NCBI GenBank assembly: GCA_905480105.1
Contig: CAJQPC010000071.1
Span: 55,594-119,593 of the forward strand
Length of the DNA: 64,000 bases
Reading direction: 5' to 3'
From: an uncultured bacterium
GTDB lineage: Bacteria; Myxococcota_A; UBA796; CAJQPC01
Shown here: positions 27,774-37,576 of the stretch, one piece after another
Position numbering within the stretch: position 1 is the first letter of the stretch
How the letters are laid out: every line of letters begins with the position of its first letter
Position numbers and translations under genes: made by a program
Notes under the pieces: model-generated
What the model saw: the letters and a program-made list of their open reading frames with translations, nothing else
The model's database searches: none
Told to the model about the DNA's origin: nothing

Positions 27774-30644
27774 ATGGATCTGACTCCCCTGTTCAAGACC
27801 TTGCGCGCCAACGTCTCCGAGCGCATCTGGGACGCCGGCATTCGCCTGCACCGGGCCGGCGTGGTGCAAGGCCGCAGCCACGACGACGACGAGATCTTTC
27901 TGTGGGTGAGCTCCGCCGGGCGCTCCGAGCCCTTGGAAGTCTATCTGTACCCAGCAGACAAGGAATGGGCCTGCGACTGTGGTTTTGACCAAGGCTGCGG
28001 TCACGTGGTCGCCTGCGTCCTGGCTGTTCGAGACAGCCAAGGCACCGGCTCTCTGCTGCCCAAGCCCGCTGGGGTGCCGGTCATCGAATACCGCATCACT
28101 GCGGACCAGACCGGATGGCTAAACCTGCAGCGCTTTCGGGCCCAAGGTGGAAACCGCTCCCCCATCAATGGGCGACTGGCCAAGCACGGGGCCCTGCGGC
28201 CTACCCCTGCGGACCGCATCGCAGACCAGGTGCTCTCTTTGGGCTCAACCCGTCTTCCCAGAGCAGGCTGGGTGCGAATGTTAGAGGCCTGGGCAAGCGA
28301 CAAGAGCCCAGTCTTTGTCGACGATGTCCAGGTGCAACCTCGTGTTGAGCCGCTGACCCCAGTGTTGATGGTTCGGGACGAGGGCCGCGGCTTTAAGCTG
28401 AGCTTGCATCGGGACAAAGCGGTGGATCGCGGATTCAAGGATGGCGTGGTTCTGGACAAAGACAGCGCTCTGCGTCCCTACTCACAGGGCGGACTGGCTC
28501 CCCACGAGCGCCGCAACCTGGCCCAGGGCATGCTCTTTAGCCCGGACCAGGCCGCCCACTTGGTCGGGGAGCTCCTGCCCAGCTTTGAGGGCCGCCTACG
28601 CATCAAAGTGCTCACCTCCCGCCTGCCCACCGCCGAGCGCTCCAAGCCACGCCTGAGCCTGAACCTGAACCCCACCAAGACCGCCCTTGAGGTCCGGGTG
28701 GACATTGTCTACGGGGACCCGCCCGTGGCCAAGGTAGAGCGCGGGGAGCTTCACATTCTCTCAGAAGGAAGCATCCCCCTGCGAGACCGAGCCGCCGAGC
28801 GACAGCTGATATCCCAAGTGGAGAGGATGCAGCTTCCTCTGGGCCGCGAGGTCACCCTGAACGAAGAAGACGCCATCCGCTTTGTGCGGGACCGTCTGGG
28901 CGCCTTTGATGGCCAAGTTCGGGGCAGCGCAAAGAAGTTCCAGGTGCGGCGGGAGCCGGTGCGACTGGACTTTGATGGGGAGCGGCTGACCTCGGAGGCG
29001 GAGCTGGGGCCGATGGTGGCGGCATGGAGAGCGGGCAAGAGCCTGGTACCCCTGACCGGTGGAGGTTTTGCTCCTCTTCCACGCGCGCTACTAGAAGCCC
29101 ACGGGGAGCTGGTCGCGGACTTGGTTTCCGCAAAAGGCAAAACCGACAAGTTGCCAGCCCACGCGACCTTTGCGGCCGCCAAGCTGGCCGAGGCCCTAAA
29201 CGCCCCACCCCCCCTGGGATTGGCCAAGCTCAAGCCACTGCTGGAAGACTTTGATGGACTTCCCCCAGCGCGGCTTCCAAAGGGATTGGTGGCGACCTTA
29301 AGGCCCTACCAAGAGCTTGGGGTTCGCTGGTTGGGCTTTCTGGCGCAGGCCGAGCTGGGCGGAATTTTGGCCGACGACATGGGCCTGGGAAAGACCCTGC
29401 AGGCGCTCACCGCTCTAACCACCGTTCTACAGGACCAAGGTGGCAAAGCTCTAGTCGTGGCACCCACCTCCATCCTTCGGAACTGGCAGCGCGAAGCACA
29501 CAAGTTTGTGCCAGAGCTGAAGACCTGCGTCTTTCATGGCAGCAACCGCAAGCTGGATCCCGCGGCCGACTTGGTGATCACCTCCTACGCCCTGATGCGG
29601 CTGGACCCAAAGATATTCGATGCACGCTGGACCCTGGCGATTTTGGACGAGGCCCAGGCCATCAAGAACCCCGAGTCTCAGACTGCTCAGGCGGCCTTTG
29701 CCTTGAGCGCCAAGCACCGCTGGAGCCTGACCGGAACGCCGGTCGAGAACCGCCTGGACGAGCTCTGGAGTCAGCTCAATTTCTCGACCCCCGGGCTGTT
29801 GGGAGGTCGAAAGGACTTTCAGCGCTACACCGCGCGGGCTGTCGAGTCCGGAGACCGTCGCGCGGCCGAACGGCTGCGAGCCAAGATCGCCCCATTTGTG
29901 CTGCGCAGACACAAGTCTCAGGTAGCAACAGACCTGCCGTCTCGCACAGATGTCGTCCTGCCCTGCCCCCTGACCAAAAAGCAGCGCGAGATCTACCGCA
30001 CCGTCGCCGCCGCCGGTCGGGCCGAGGTCGCCAACATGATGGGCTCCGGTCGCGCTCTTGAGGTGCTCGAGCTGCTGCTCAGGATGCGCCAAGCGGCCTG
30101 TCATCCCCGACTACTTCCCGGCGATCGACCCGATGAATCCGGCAAACTGGACATGCTGGTCGACCGGTTGACCGACGTCATCGACAAGGGCTCCAAGGCC
30201 CTGGTCTTCTCTCAGTGGACCGGCTTTTTGGATTTGATTCAGGAGGCCTTGGTTCTGCTGGAGATCCCCTTCTGTAGGCTGGACGGCAGCACCCGGGACC
30301 GACAGGCTCAAGTAGACCGTTTCCAGAGCCAGGACGGGCCCCCCGTGTTCTTGATCTCCCTCAAGGCCGGCGGCACCGGCCTAAACCTGACCGCCGCCGA
30401 CTACGTCTTTCACACAGACCCCTGGTGGAACCCGGCCGTGGAAGACCAAGCCACCGACCGAGCCCACCGAATCGGCCAGACCAAGCCGGTGATGAGCGTC
30501 AAGCTGGTCTCCGAAGACACTGTGGAGGAGCGTATTGTGGCCCTTCAAGATGCCAAACGGGCGCTGGCGGAGGCGGCGCTGAGTGGGGAGGCGGATTGGG
30601 TGGAGCGGATTTCGAAGGACGACTTGGTGGGACTGTTTGGGTGA
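27774..30644 (+). CDS. SNF2-family helicase with N-terminal SWIM zinc finger
   Basis: SWIM motif CDCGFDQGCGHVVAC. Helicase motif I LADDMGLGKT and motif II LDEAQAIKN. C-terminal GGTGLNLTAADYVFHTDPWWNPAVEDQATDRAHRIGQ. Confidence 0.9.
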   Translation: MDLTPLFKTLRANVSERIWDAGIRLHRAGVVQGRSHDDDEIFLWVSSAGRSEPLEVYLYPADKEWACDCGFDQGCGHVVACVLAVRDSQGTGSLLPKPAGVPVIEYRITADQTGWLNLQRFRAQGGNRSPINGRLAKHGALRPTPADRIADQVLSLGSTRLPRAGWVRMLEAWASDKSPVFVDDVQVQPRVEPLTPVLMVRDEGRGFKLSLHRDKAVDRGFKDGVVLDKDSALRPYSQGGLAPHERRNLAQGMLFSPDQAAHLVGELLPSFEGRLRIKVLTSRLPTAERSKPRLSLNLNPTKTALEVRVDIVYGDPPVAKVERGELHILSEGSIPLRDRAAERQLISQVERMQLPLGREVTLNEEDAIRFVRDRLGAFDGQVRGSAKKFQVRREPVRLDFDGERLTSEAELGPMVAAWRAGKSLVPLTGGGFAPLPRALLEAHGELVADLVSAKGKTDKLPAHATFAAAKLAEALNAPPPLGLAKLKPLLEDFDGLPPARLPKGLVATLRPYQELGVRWLGFLAQAELGGILADDMGLGKTLQALTALTTVLQDQGGKALVVAPTSILRNWQREAHKFVPELKTCVFHGSNRKLDPAADLVITSYALMRLDPKIFDARWTLAILDEAQAIKNPESQTAQAAFALSAKHRWSLTGTPVENRLDELWSQLNFSTPGLLGGRKDFQRYTARAVESGDRRAAERLRAKIAPFVLRRHKSQVATDLPSRTDVVLPCPLTKKQREIYRTVAAAGRAEVANMMGSGRALEVLELLLRMRQAACHPRLLPGDRPDESGKLDMLVDRLTDVIDKGSKALVFSQWTGFLDLIQEALVLLEIPFCRLDGSTRDRQAQVDRFQSQDGPPVFLISLKAGGTGLNLTAADYVFHTDPWWNPAVEDQATDRAHRIGQTKPVMSVKLVSEDTVEERIVALQDAKRALAEAALSGEADWVERISKDDLVGLFG

Positions 30645-30663
30645 AGCCAGATAGGGGCGCCTC

Positions 30664-31290
30664 ATGGAAAAACCCCGCCTCATCACCCACCGCGACGGCC
30701 TGGCTTGGCTCTGCAAGCCCGCCGGTTGGAACACTCACCCCACGGCCGAGGGCGGCATGGACGTCGTGACTTGGCTGGACACCCAGGGCAAGCTGCTCAA
30801 GGGCATGCGGCCAGCACACCGCTTGGACAAGCCCACCTCCGGGGTTTTGGTCGTTGGCCGTCGAAACGCACGCAGCCGTGTGGCATCGGCCTTTGAAGCA
30901 GGCCACTGCAAGAAAACCTACCAGGCCCTCGTATACGGACGCGTCCAGCCCATCGGACAGATCGAGCAGCCCGTAGCAGGGAAGGATGCGGTCACCCAGG
31001 TGCGTTTGATGGGTGTCTACAAGGTAGAAGGAGGTTGCGTGAGCTTGCTGGAGTTGACTCCCCAGACTGGACGAAAGCACCAGCTGCGCGTGCACCTGCA
31101 TGGCATTCGCCACCCGATCGTGGGGGACGCCCGCTACCAGCGAAACCTGGGGATCACGGACCCAAGCGCACCCAAGCGCCTTTGGCTGCACGCCGCGGCC
31201 CTGAGCATCGCCGGCAGCGACGCGGTGCGTGCGCCTCTGCCCTCAGAGCTGGGCGAGCACTTGGAACTGTTGCGACAGAACCCAGCATGA
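30664..31290 (+). CDS. RluA-family pseudouridine synthase
   Basis: Catalytic motif HRLDKPTSGVLVV and GRKHQLRVH. Confidence 0.85.
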   Translation: MEKPRLITHRDGLAWLCKPAGWNTHPTAEGGMDVVTWLDTQGKLLKGMRPAHRLDKPTSGVLVVGRRNARSRVASAFEAGHCKKTYQALVYGRVQPIGQIEQPVAGKDAVTQVRLMGVYKVEGGCVSLLELTPQTGRKHQLRVHLHGIRHPIVGDARYQRNLGITDPSAPKRLWLHAAALSIAGSDAVRAPLPSELGEHLELLRQNPA

Positions 31291-32768
31291 AGAACCGCTT
31301 CCTGGCCTTGGGATTGCTGACGGTCGCCTTTGGCACCGGGGCGGCGCTGGCTCAGGAAGGCGTGATCGAAGAGGTCCTAAACGGCGGCTTGCTCCAGGAC
31401 AGCGGGACTGGAGACACCGAGCTTAAAGACAGTGATTTCCCAGACAGTGGTTTCCCGGACAGTGGTTCTCCAGACACCGGGGACACCGGGGACACCGGCT
31501 TTCCGGAGGAAGCTCCATGCTCACAGCTGGGCCCCTTTGTTGGGGATCTGGTGTTCTCGAGCACCGAGGCGATGGAGTCCTGGGCCCTGGACTACAACGC
31601 GGTCAAGGGCAACCTGCGCTTGGTCGGTTTGGGGGTGCAGGACCTGAGCGCCTTGAGCTGCCTGGAGTCGGTGAGTGGAAACCTGGAACTGATTCGCCTG
31701 GACGCGGTGAGCGACCTGAGCGGGCTCAGCCAACTGCAGAGTGTAGGCGGCAATCTGCGGGTGGTGAACAACGACGCCCTGCGCAGCCTGAGCGGCTTGA
31801 ACCAGGTCGCTGAACTCAGGCAGATCGACATCGAAGGCAACGGGGCCCTGCTGTCTCTGGCCGGTCTGGAAGGCTTGCACAGCGCCACCGGTCTTCAGGT
31901 GACCGGCAACACCAGCCTGCTGAGCTTGGCAGGAGTGGAGGGGATCTCCGCGCTACCCGATGGGCTTCACATCACCAACAACCCCAGCTTGGGCGAGCCC
32001 GCCGGACTGAGCGGACTGCAGAGCACCAGCGCCCTGGTGATTCAAGACAACGCCGGGCTGCGGACTCTCCGCGGTCTGGACGCGCTGCGCGCGGTGGACG
32101 GCGAGTGGGTGCTGATGGGCAATCCCCGGGTGGTCAGCTTGGCCGGACTGGGGTCCCTGGTGAGCGTGAGCGGCAACGTCATTCTCCGCGACAACGCCCT
32201 GAGCTCCCTGACGGGCGCCGAGCAGCTGACCCGAGTGGATGGGGAGCTTCGGGTGCAGGGGGAGAACCGCCTGCGCAACCTGACGGGTCTCTCCAGCCTG
32301 ACCCGTGTGGGCGCGCTGGTTCTACAAGACAACACCAAGCTGCTCAGCGCAGGTGGGGTGAGGGAGCTGCTCTATGCGGAGCGCTTGGAAATCTTGGCCA
32401 ACCCAGCCCTGATCGACATCGGCCTGGAGGGCTTGGTCCGGGTAGGCTCGCTGAAGGTGACTGGGAACAAGAAGCTGAGCAACTTGGCAGGCCTGGAGCA
32501 CTTGGCGTGGGTGGACCAAGCCTTGACCATCCGAGACAACGAGCGCCTGATCTCCTTGCGAGGTCTGGAGGGTCTGGTTCAAGTAGGCGGCACCCTGAGT
32601 GTCGTCGGCAACCCGGCCCTGAGCAGCGTGATGAACGTCGACACGGTCCGGCGCCTTGGCGGCCTGGAGATCCTGGCCAATGAGACCCTGCCCAAGGGGG
32701 CCACGGGCAGCCTGGTGATCAGCATTGGGCCAGGGAACATCGGTGGGGTTGTGCAGGTTCAGCAGTGA
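31287..32768 (+). CDS. secreted leucine-rich-repeat protein
   Basis: ATG 31287 overlaps the rluA-like stop (ATGA). Signal MKNRFLALGLLTVAFGTGAALA. A low-complexity DSGFP/DTG tract is followed by about 15 irregular LRR-like units (L..L..L..V.G.L.I..N..L.SL.GL). Confidence 0.7.
   Translation: MKNRFLALGLLTVAFGTGAALAQEGVIEEVLNGGLLQDSGTGDTELKDSDFPDSGFPDSGSPDTGDTGDTGFPEEAPCSQLGPFVGDLVFSSTEAMESWALDYNAVKGNLRLVGLGVQDLSALSCLESVSGNLELIRLDAVSDLSGLSQLQSVGGNLRVVNNDALRSLSGLNQVAELRQIDIEGNGALLSLAGLEGLHSATGLQVTGNTSLLSLAGVEGISALPDGLHITNNPSLGEPAGLSGLQSTSALVIQDNAGLRTLRGLDALRAVDGEWVLMGNPRVVSLAGLGSLVSVSGNVILRDNALSSLTGAEQLTRVDGELRVQGENRLRNLTGLSSLTRVGALVLQDNTKLLSAGGVRELLYAERLEILANPALIDIGLEGLVRVGSLKVTGNKKLSNLAGLEHLAWVDQALTIRDNERLISLRGLEGLVQVGGTLSVVGNPALSSVMNVDTVRRLGGLEILANETLPKGATGSLVISIGPGNIGGVVQVQQ
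31428..31499 (+). repeat. in-frame tandem codon repeats (15-nt gacagtggtttcccN x3, 9-nt gacaccggg x3)
   Basis: Read directly: gacagtgatttccca gacagtggtttcccg gacagtggttctcca gacaccggg gacaccggg gacaccggc. This encodes DSDFPDSGFPDSGSPDTGDTGDTG. Confidence 0.85.
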
Positions 32769-33186
32769 ACCGGCCCCAGACTTGGAGCGAGTGGGTCTTG
32801 ATCAGCGGAACCAGGGGGACTTGAGCCGCTCCAGCTTGAGCATCCCGTCTGCGGCATTACCAGAGAAGAGAGCCGCTCGGCGAGCGCATTTATTTCTCCT
32901 GCCTTGCCACAGAGACCCCCTCGGTCAGACAAGATGATCCGTGCAACCACAAGCAACGTATCTTCCGGGTCTGCCTGATCAAGGGTGTACCCCACGCGAC
33001 CCCCCCCTCGCCCCGGTCGTACACGAAGCAACACCGGGTGATTGGGGCTCTATTTTCCAAGCTTTCAGTGGGTTCTGAAAAGATGGAAGTGCAAGGCGCG
33101 GCGAGACTTTAGACCTGACGGACGTCGACACCAGCGATGCTTTGCGCTACCGTCTGCCGCCTTTTGAGCACCAGACTGGAGCGCCC

Positions 33187-34893
33187 GTGGCGACCGATAC
33201 GAACAATTCTCAGGAACAGGTCAAGCAGCTCGGGCTGTTCGCGGCCATTGGTTCCCTCTCCTACGTTTTTTGGATCGTGGGCGGCATGGAGATGGTCGAG
33301 CGCCTGGCCTTCTACGGCGTAAAGGCCGTGGTCGGACTCTACGCCAAGGACCCTGTGTCCAAGGGCGGCCTGGGCATCAACATGTCCCAGTACGGCAACC
33401 TGCTGTTCATCTGGGCGCTGGTGCAGTCCATCCTGCCGGTCTTCACCGGCGGTATCTCAGACCGCTTCGGCTACAAGCAGACCATCGCGGCGTCCACGGT
33501 CATCAAGATCATTGGCTACTTGGTGATGTTCGCGTTCGCCAGCTACGGCGGCTTCTTCGCCGGCGCCATCCTGCTGGCAGTGGGCACCGCAGTGTTCAAG
33601 CCCGGCATCCAGGGCACCCTGGTCAAGGCCACCAAACCTGAGAACTCCTCGGTGGCTTGGGGCATCTTCTACCAGACCGTCAACATCGGCGGTTTCATGG
33701 GCCCGCTGCTCGCTGGCTACATGCGCAAGATGGACTGGAAGTGGGTCTTCCTCTCCTGTGCAGGAATCATCGCCCTCAACTTCATCTTCTTGCTCATGTA
33801 CAAGGAGCCAGGAAAGGCCGAGCGCGAGGCCGAGTTGGCCGAGAAGAAGGCCGCAGGCATCGAAGAGAACCTCTTCACAGACAGCCTCAAGGAGCTTGCC
33901 AAGCCCCACCTCTGGTCCTTCCTGCTGCTGCTCTCCGGCTTTTGGTTCATGTTCAACGCGCTCTTTGACGTGCTGCCCATCTACATTGAAGAGTGGGTCT
34001 GGACCGGTGACATCGTCACCAGCTTGTTCGGCGAAGGCGGCTCCGACAACGCCGTCGTGAACTTCTTCATCGTCACCAACCAGTACGGCACCCAGATCCA
34101 GCCAGAAGGCATGCTCAACGTCAACGCGATGCTGATCATGCTGAGCTGCTTCTTCTTTGGTTGGCTGAGCGGTTTGGTCCGTCCGACCACCTCCATGGTC
34201 ATCGGCGCCCTGGCCGCCACCGGTGCGATCTTCATGATCGGCCACACCACGGCTGGATGGATGTGTTTGGGTGGTATTGCCTTCTTTAGCATCGGCGAGA
34301 TGCTCTCCTCTCCCAAGACGGGCGAGTTCATCGGAAACATCGCGCCTCCGTCCAAAAAAGCGATGTACCTGGGTTTCTCTCAGATTCCCTTGGCGATCGG
34401 CTGGACGCTGGAAGGCAAGCTGGGCCCGGAGCTCTACGGCTACTTCGCCTCGAAAGAGAAGTTCTCACGCGAAGTCTTGGGTGCCGACGGCATGGCCATG
34501 ACCGCCATCGAAGCCATCCCCGAGGGGGCAGCCTTTGACACCTTGGTGCACAACCGCATTGGCGATTTGGCACTCACGGAGCTCCCAGGAATGACCGCAG
34601 AGGCGGCCTCTAAGCTCAGCGCTGCAGGAATCACTCCCTGGCAACTGCACGATGCCTCCCCCAAGGACATCGCCGCGGCGGGCTTGGACGAGCAGCTCGC
34701 AACGGACATCTTGGCAACGGCCGGGATGCACCTGGAAACGCTCTTCAACGCGACGGCCAACCCCCTCACTGCCGAGCTCTACGCCTCCCATAGCGTCTCG
34801 ATGGTCTGGGACATCATGGGGGTCATCGGCGTGATTAGCGCCATCCTCATCGCGATTTACGGCAAGTGGATCCAGGGCCGCGACCTGTCTTAG
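33187..34893 (+). CDS. MFS transporter, POT/PTR2-like, with soluble HhH-like insertion
   Basis: GTG 33187 is preceded by GGAG with a 5-nt spacer; ORF track start is 33142. POT-like MVERLAFYGVKA (ExxERFxYYG-type) and GGISDRFGYKQTI motifs, with many TM segments. A hydrophilic segment of about 110 aa, LTELPGMTAEAASKLSAAGITPWQL..., precedes the last TM. Confidence 0.7.
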   Translation: MATDTNNSQEQVKQLGLFAAIGSLSYVFWIVGGMEMVERLAFYGVKAVVGLYAKDPVSKGGLGINMSQYGNLLFIWALVQSILPVFTGGISDRFGYKQTIAASTVIKIIGYLVMFAFASYGGFFAGAILLAVGTAVFKPGIQGTLVKATKPENSSVAWGIFYQTVNIGGFMGPLLAGYMRKMDWKWVFLSCAGIIALNFIFLLMYKEPGKAEREAELAEKKAAGIEENLFTDSLKELAKPHLWSFLLLLSGFWFMFNALFDVLPIYIEEWVWTGDIVTSLFGEGGSDNAVVNFFIVTNQYGTQIQPEGMLNVNAMLIMLSCFFFGWLSGLVRPTTSMVIGALAATGAIFMIGHTTAGWMCLGGIAFFSIGEMLSSPKTGEFIGNIAPPSKKAMYLGFSQIPLAIGWTLEGKLGPELYGYFASKEKFSREVLGADGMAMTAIEAIPEGAAFDTLVHNRIGDLALTELPGMTAEAASKLSAAGITPWQLHDASPKDIAAAGLDEQLATDILATAGMHLETLFNATANPLTAELYASHSVSMVWDIMGVIGVISAILIAIYGKWIQGRDLS

Positions 34894-34931
34894 AATTTGG
34901 GCATCGGCCCAAGCGCCGAGCAGCTCCTGAT

Positions 34932-34972
34932 GAACGCGCCCAAGCGGGCCCAATCGCCGCTTGGGCGCGTTC
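34932..34972 (+). terminator. strong hairpin terminator after transporter gene
   Basis: Perfect 16-bp stem GAACGCGCCCAAGCGG / CCGCTTGGGCGCGTTC with a 9-nt loop, followed by TGCGTTTGGCGTCTTCTT. A smaller TTGGGC-atcg-GCCCAA hairpin lies at 34897-34912. Confidence 0.6.
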
Positions 34973-35036
34973 TGCGTTTGGCGTCTTCTTCCTCCCAACC
35001 CCCAAAGCCAACAACACACCAGCGTAGACTACGTCC

Positions 35037-36029
35037 ATGTCCGAGGACCTTACCCAGCTCCAGCTCCAAGAAACGCGCCGGGCGCTGAGCCTGTGTACCG
35101 GCGAACGGGACCGGGCCCGCGAGGAAGCCCGCCAACTTCGAGCCCAACTGCGCTCCTTGCGGGCGGAACTTCAGGCCGTACGTCCGGTGGAACAGAGCGA
35201 GCTCCTGGCCGCCCAGGACGCACTTCGCCAGGCCCAAGCCCAAACCCTAGCCGCACAAGCCCTGCAGCTCGAAGCGGAGGCGGAACGAGAGGGTGCCCAG
35301 ACCCGCGCGACCCGGGCCGAGACCCAGACCCAGCAGGCGCGGCTGGAATCGGACATGAGCCTGGAGCGCGTGATCGAGCTCCGCGAGGAGTTGACCCGCC
35401 TGCGTTCCAATCGGGCCATCGACCAGGCCGCCGTCTCGCTGCTGCGAGCGCAGCTGGACGCCGTACGCACCGAGGTGCAAGCTCCCAGTATGCCCCCAAC
35501 CGATTTGGAACAGTCTAAGGCTCCCCAACCGGAAGAACGGACCCAGGTCGTAGAAGAAGCCGTCCAGGAACCAGAGGGGAAGAGTCCGCACGCGCTCATT
35601 CAAGCAGTACCCCAGGCCACCCAAACGGAGCCCAACCCCACCTTTGACCTGCCCGAAGGCGCCATCTGGGAGTTCGAGGGCGTAGCGGAGCCCGAGCAAT
35701 TCATGCACCTATGCCTTGAGCTCTGTGGACGGGCAGCCGGGGACTACCTGCGCATCGGCTATTTCAAGGGCACCCGGAAGAAACGAGCGTGGAGGCTGGT
35801 GGTGATGTCCGGTCCCCAGGACAGCGTGCGCGACTTTTTGCTCGCCCTAAATCGAGAGCACATGCGCCTGATGTCCGCCACAGGCCTACCCCTGGTGCGT
35901 ATCCAGCCCACCCGCTGGTCCACCAATGTCTTGAACGCCAAAAAAGAAGAGGTGTCCCCGGCTCGCTACGCTCGGCTGCAGAGCTGGGTGGTCGACGGGA
36001 CCCTACAGCAACAGGAAGGCGGCCAGTGA
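35037..36029 (+). CDS. coiled-coil protein, hypothetical
   Basis: 330 aa. The N-terminal ~150 aa are heptad-like and rich in A/E/L/Q/R. The C-terminal globular part is unrecognised. Confidence 0.6.
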   Translation: MSEDLTQLQLQETRRALSLCTGERDRAREEARQLRAQLRSLRAELQAVRPVEQSELLAAQDALRQAQAQTLAAQALQLEAEAEREGAQTRATRAETQTQQARLESDMSLERVIELREELTRLRSNRAIDQAAVSLLRAQLDAVRTEVQAPSMPPTDLEQSKAPQPEERTQVVEEAVQEPEGKSPHALIQAVPQATQTEPNPTFDLPEGAIWEFEGVAEPEQFMHLCLELCGRAAGDYLRIGYFKGTRKKRAWRLVVMSGPQDSVRDFLLALNREHMRLMSATGLPLVRIQPTRWSTNVLNAKKEEVSPARYARLQSWVVDGTLQQQEGGQ

Positions 36030-37504
36030 GCTTGGTCAACGCAATGCGTGCGCGCTGGGATCCCCAGGCGCCTGCACTGGCTTGGATCGGCGACTGGACC
36101 CAGGCTGTCCTGCAAGTCCCACACGCTTGGCACTACGCCGAGCTCGCCGCGCAGGTGGACCAGGCCAGGGGCTGGATCAAGCAGAGGGGTCTGGGCAGCG
36201 GAGACACCCTGGCCCTGCAGCTACCCAGGCATCCCGCCCTGCTCACCCTGACCCTGGCCGCCTTGAGCGAGGGGATCGTGGTTCTGCCGCTGAACCCGGC
36301 CTACACCCCACGAGAGCTGCGCTTTGCCCTGCGAGACTCCGGTGCCACGCGCGCGGTTCTACTCCAGGAGAGCGTCCAGTCCCTGAAACTGGATCCACCC
36401 TGCCCACTGGAGCCCGCCAGCACCCTGGCCATGTCCCTAAAGTCCGCGCCACCGACCAAGACCCCCTCCCCCGATCAACCCGCAGACACCCCCGCCTTGC
36501 TGCTCTACACCAGCGGCACCACGGGCCAACCCAAGGGCGCACTGTCCTCGCACGGGAACCTAAGGGCCAGCATTGAAGCGCTGCATCAGGCCTGGGCTTG
36601 GGCGCCCAATGACGTGCAGCTCCACGCCCTTCCCCTTTTCCACGTACACGGCCTAATCGTCGCCCAGCTGGTCGCTCTGTGGGCCGGGGCTCAGACTCTG
36701 TGGCTGCCCAAGTTCAACGCCGACGCCGTCTGGCACGCCATCCCCAAGCACGGGGTCACCATCTTTATGGGCGTGCCCACCTTCCACCACCGCCTGCTCC
36801 AGTCCGAGCTACGGCCGGACCTGAGCACCATGCGGTTGTTTACGAGTGGATCTGCGCCCCTTCCAGCCACGGTGCACGCCGCCTTTGAGCAGCGCACTGG
36901 GCTGCGCATCTTGGAACGCTACGGCATGTCCGAGGTCGGTATTGTGCTCTCCAACCCCTACGACGGAGAGCGCCGGGCAGGCACCGTCGGCCAGCCCCTG
37001 CCCGGCATCCAAGCCAAGATCACAGACCTGGAGACCGGCGCGGACTTGGCTCCCGAGCAGATCGGCGAGGTCCGTATTGCCGGAGCCAGCGTGATGCTGG
37101 GCTACCTGGGCTTGCCCAAGCAGACCCAAGCCGCCATCGGCGACGGATGGATGCACACCGGTGATCTGGGAAAGGTCAGCCAAGACGGCTACTTTTCCAT
37201 CGTTGGCCGGGCGGGTGACATGATCATCTCCGGGGGTCTGAACGTCTACCCGAGAGAAGTCGAGAGCGTGCTTTTGGAGCACCCCAATGTGCACGAAGTG
37301 GCCATCGTCGGCGTGCCCCATGCCGAGTGGGGCGAGCAGGTGGTGGGGTTCTTCGTAGGGAAAGCAGATCCGGCAGCGCTCGTGGTCTGGGCCCGAGAGC
37401 AGCTGGCCGGGTTCAAGTGTCCGAAGGAGCTTCGCGCAGTAAAAACCTTGCCGCGCAACGCGATGGGCAAAGTGCAGAAAGGCGTGATTCGAAGCGCGTG
37501 GTGA
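36026..37504 (+). CDS. AMP-dependent acyl-CoA synthetase/ligase (MatB-like)
   Basis: GTG 36026 overlaps the upstream stop (GTGA); an alternative ATG lies at 36044. AMP-binding motif LLLYTSGTTGQPKGA, plus GDLG..DGYFSIVGRAGDMIISGG and a C-terminal GKVQK. Confidence 0.85.
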   Translation: MSLVNAMRARWDPQAPALAWIGDWTQAVLQVPHAWHYAELAAQVDQARGWIKQRGLGSGDTLALQLPRHPALLTLTLAALSEGIVVLPLNPAYTPRELRFALRDSGATRAVLLQESVQSLKLDPPCPLEPASTLAMSLKSAPPTKTPSPDQPADTPALLLYTSGTTGQPKGALSSHGNLRASIEALHQAWAWAPNDVQLHALPLFHVHGLIVAQLVALWAGAQTLWLPKFNADAVWHAIPKHGVTIFMGVPTFHHRLLQSELRPDLSTMRLFTSGSAPLPATVHAAFEQRTGLRILERYGMSEVGIVLSNPYDGERRAGTVGQPLPGIQAKITDLETGADLAPEQIGEVRIAGASVMLGYLGLPKQTQAAIGDGWMHTGDLGKVSQDGYFSIVGRAGDMIISGGLNVYPREVESVLLEHPNVHEVAIVGVPHAEWGEQVVGFFVGKADPAALVVWAREQLAGFKCPKELRAVKTLPRNAMGKVQKGVIRSAW

Positions 37505-37576
37505 GACGCGTGCGGGGAGGCGTGGGTGACCCAGCGCTGCGCATGCACAATCGCATCACGCCTTCCCCCAAAGGAC

